From NCBI GenBank assembly GCA_963704705.1, contig OY969931.1, positions 510,001 through 542,000 of the forward strand: a stretch of 32,000 nucleotides of DNA, read 5' to 3'. The notes under the pieces were generated by a model. That model saw nothing but the letters and a program-made list of their open reading frames with translations. It ran no database searches and was not told where the DNA came from. The position numbers and the translations under genes are program-made. Origin of the DNA: an uncultured bacterium. GTDB taxonomy: Bacteria; Patescibacteriota; Gracilibacteria; UBA1369; PNNO01. Below, one piece after another: positions 29,904-32,000 of this stretch (position 1 is its first letter; the number at the start of each line of letters is the position of its first letter).

Positions 29904-32000
29904 ATGAAAAAATTATCAAAATATATCGGAATAATATTTGTAGCTACATTGTTTGCTACTTTTCTTATGAATATTCAAGTCGCATCTGCTGACCTATGCA
30001 GTGAACTTGCACAGTCAACAGGAGGCTTTTTTAGCTGCGGAAGTAAAGAAGTTACAACATTCACTCAGTTCCAGGGCGGTTTACAGCCACCTTCGGCTGA
30101 AGGATATGATCCTACTCTTACACAGCAAACTGATCTAAGAGATTTCATTGTTAATGCAGTGAATTTTGTACTTGGATTTTTAGGCCTTGTTGCAGTTGTA
30201 ATGGTAATCTACGGAGGATTCATGTATGTTACGGCCGCGGGACAGGAAGAGCAAACAACCAAAGGAAAGAAAAGCGTAATGTACGCGATGATTGGTATAG
30301 TTATTATTCTTATATCTTATGCATTAGTTAATACAGTTATTAAAGGAGTCGGAAAAGGAACAGATGCTGGAATTAATTCCGGGACTCAGCAACTTGCAGG
30401 AGCAGCTCCTGAAAATTTAACGGGTGATCAGACTCAGGCAATTCAAAGATTATTTTATGCTGCGGCATTGCAGGTTCAAAGAGCAGCTGAAGATTTGGCT
30501 ACTAATTATTCTCATTATGTTGATGTTGACGATGCATTGGCTCAGCTTGAAGCAGTACCGTATGTTGATCGCGCAGACCAATTACATGTATTTTTAGGAG
30601 ATATTAAACGTGCATTAAGTAATATTATTTCAGCTTCAGGTGAGTTGAGCAGAACTTCTGAAGCAGCTAAGTTTGCAGAAGATTATGTTGATACATTTTT
30701 AAATCAATCTCAGCAGCAATTGACTGCTGATTGGACTACTTGGTGGTCGGACAACAGTGCTGATCTTCAATATGAAATAGATGCAATACTTACAGAGTCA
30801 GGAGCAGAAGGTGAAAGTATATGGAAAGCAAATCTGCTTGATTTTGCTGATGCAGTTGAAAAAATCATTAGTAATTTAAATGATTTAAAAAAACAGATTG
30901 AAAGCTCAGGATTAGTTACAACTTCTGAAACTGATTTTGGTGTAGCTTTTGATAGAGCTGTAAATAGTTTGGAAAATCTAATACCAATCGGTTTTGAAGT
31001 TCCGACAAATCAAAAAGTGATTGACGCACTTGAAGCATTAAGTGATTTACACACCGTGGTTCAGAACATCAAGTTTGTAGCAGCAATTATTAATGCGGAT
31101 GTTACTAAAGGCAATGCTCCGTTAATAGTAAATGTTGACGCACTTAATTCAGTAAGACCGGATTATGAAAGTATTAATCAGGATGATATTGAATGGGATT
31201 TTGGTGACGGAACCATTGTTGAAGGTAAATTCGCTACTTCTCACATTTATAGGGAAACAGGAAGTTTTGTAATTAAACTTACAATTAAAGGTGATTCTGC
31301 TAAAGGAATTGCTTCTGGTGTTGCTTATCAGGATGTTAAAATCGGTCCGCCTGCATCTCAGATTAATTTAAATGTAACTGTAGGAGACAGATTCCTTGGT
31401 TATTTGAGTTTCTACAAAGACGGATTCCTGGTTATAGATAAAAATAGATTAAACGTAACTTTAACAGAAGCCCGTGATATTGGTATTACATTTGATGCTT
31501 CTGAAACAAGAGGCGGTTCGCAGTCAGAACAGGAACAGGAAGCAGGAGGAACATATATTCAAACTGTTTCATGGGATTTTGGTGATGGAAGCGATACAAT
31601 ATTTGGAGAAATGGTTGCGAATGATGTACAAACACATTATTACGGTGAAGAGGGGACATATCCTGTTATAATTGAAGTTGTTGATTCAAGAGGAATTAGA
31701 GACAGAAAAGTATTTGAGGTAGTTGTTGATTCACCGGCAGCAAGAATTGATTTGAAGCCTGGAACAACAGCGAGAATTAATGAGGATGTAACATTTGATG
31801 GTGGTCAGTCTTCAACTGATGGCGGCCAGATTTCAGGTTACAAATGGAGTGTTTCAAATCCTCAATTAAAATATTCAGCGGAAGAAACCGATGAAAGTTT
31901 TACTAGTTCATTTGAAAGCCCGGGAGTTTATGATGTTTCACTAGTTGTTAGTGACAACCTGGGAAATACAGCAACTGATAATACGAAACTTAAAATTGAA
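29904..32000 (+). CDS. Large secreted protein, 3'-truncated at the window edge: signal peptide + one TrbC/VirB2-like pilin module + ~260-aa helical region + at least three PKD-like domains. Not present in the supplied ORF track.
   Basis: My own translation from the ATG at 29904 runs 699 codons to the window end without a stop. MKKLSKYIGIIFVATLFATFLMNIQVASA (signal peptide); FVLGFLGLVAVVMVIYGGFMYVTAAGQEEQTTKGKKSVMYAMIGIVIILISYALVNTV (pilin module, nt ~30132-30341); PKD hallmarks WDFGDG at nt 31194 and 31571; and VTFDGGQS...YKWSV...GVYDVSLVVSDNLGNT. Confidence 0.85.
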   Translation, partial: MKKLSKYIGIIFVATLFATFLMNIQVASADLCSELAQSTGGFFSCGSKEVTTFTQFQGGLQPPSAEGYDPTLTQQTDLRDFIVNAVNFVLGFLGLVAVVMVIYGGFMYVTAAGQEEQTTKGKKSVMYAMIGIVIILISYALVNTVIKGVGKGTDAGINSGTQQLAGAAPENLTGDQTQAIQRLFYAAALQVQRAAEDLATNYSHYVDVDDALAQLEAVPYVDRADQLHVFLGDIKRALSNIISASGELSRTSEAAKFAEDYVDTFLNQSQQQLTADWTTWWSDNSADLQYEIDAILTESGAEGESIWKANLLDFADAVEKIISNLNDLKKQIESSGLVTTSETDFGVAFDRAVNSLENLIPIGFEVPTNQKVIDALEALSDLHTVVQNIKFVAAIINADVTKGNAPLIVNVDALNSVRPDYESINQDDIEWDFGDGTIVEGKFATSHIYRETGSFVIKLTIKGDSAKGIASGVAYQDVKIGPPASQINLNVTVGDRFLGYLSFYKDGFLVIDKNRLNVTLTEARDIGITFDASETRGGSQSEQEQEAGGTYIQTVSWDFGDGSDTIFGEMVANDVQTHYYGEEGTYPVIIEVVDSRGIRDRKVFEVVVDSPAARIDLKPGTTARINEDVTFDGGQSSTDGGQISGYKWSVSNPQLKYSAEETDESFTSSFESPGVYDVSLVVSDNLGNTATDNTKLKIE
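31112..32000 (+). other. Three PKD-like Ig domains at the C-terminal part of the pilin-fusion protein (the last is cut by the window edge)
   Basis: PLIVNVDA....IEWDFGDGT...SHIYRETGSFVIKLTIKG; ITFDASET...VSWDFGDGS...HYYGEEGTYPVIIEVVDSRG; VTFDGGQSSTDGGQISGYKWSV....FESPGVYDVSLVVSDNLGNTA. Confidence 0.7.

Noticed and set aside
1-32000. Alternative genetic code (TGA read as Gly or Trp, as in some CPR lineages and mollicutes)
   Set aside because: Full-length leuS, purF, purD, folD, nusG and rplA are uninterrupted under the standard code, and one gene (3646-4251) ends on TGA. I found no evidence for recoding.

Overview
AT-rich bacterial window that reads cleanly with the standard genetic code: leuS, purF and purD are intact, so there is no TGA recoding. 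The gene content suggests a Patescibacteria/CPR-like genome (TrbC/VirB2-like 'pilin' paralogues, many small membrane proteins, tightly coupled operons), but this is inference only. Order of features: (1) the 3' part of a large SLH + Ig-repeat surface protein (2-2248); (2) a ytxH-like gene, pheA and a membrane protein; (3) a stand-alone reverse transcriptase on the minus strand (4347-5594), preceded by a promoter-driven ~330-nt noncoding region closed by a 17-bp long-range stem (5595-5940); (4) a divergent, translationally coupled cassette of a degenerate ABC-exporter-like protein, a membrane-anchored PLD/HKD protein and a PrsW-family protease (6051-10042); (5) a membrane protein carrying 5.3 copies of a 45-bp in-frame tandem repeat; (6) an SPFH protein and an acidic helical protein; (7) a minus-strand housekeeping block of purD, purF, folD and leuS, then a PAS protein, tmk and dut; (8) a DUF1385 gene; (9) secE-nusG-[membrane protein]-rplK-[membrane protein]-rplA, with an L1-stalk-like leader directly upstream of rplA; (10) an accessory block of an HNH protein, a 691-aa lysine-rich protein, two tri-modular TrbC/VirB2-like pilin proteins, and a long pilin-PKD fusion ORF (29904 to >32000). 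That last ORF is missing from the supplied ORF track because it has no stop codon in the window. The best candidates for something new are the RT plus structured upstream RNA (a retron-like or DRT-like architecture with a non-canonical V-G-D-D catalytic box) and the multi-pilin locus. No rRNA, tRNA, CRISPR array or transposase was found.
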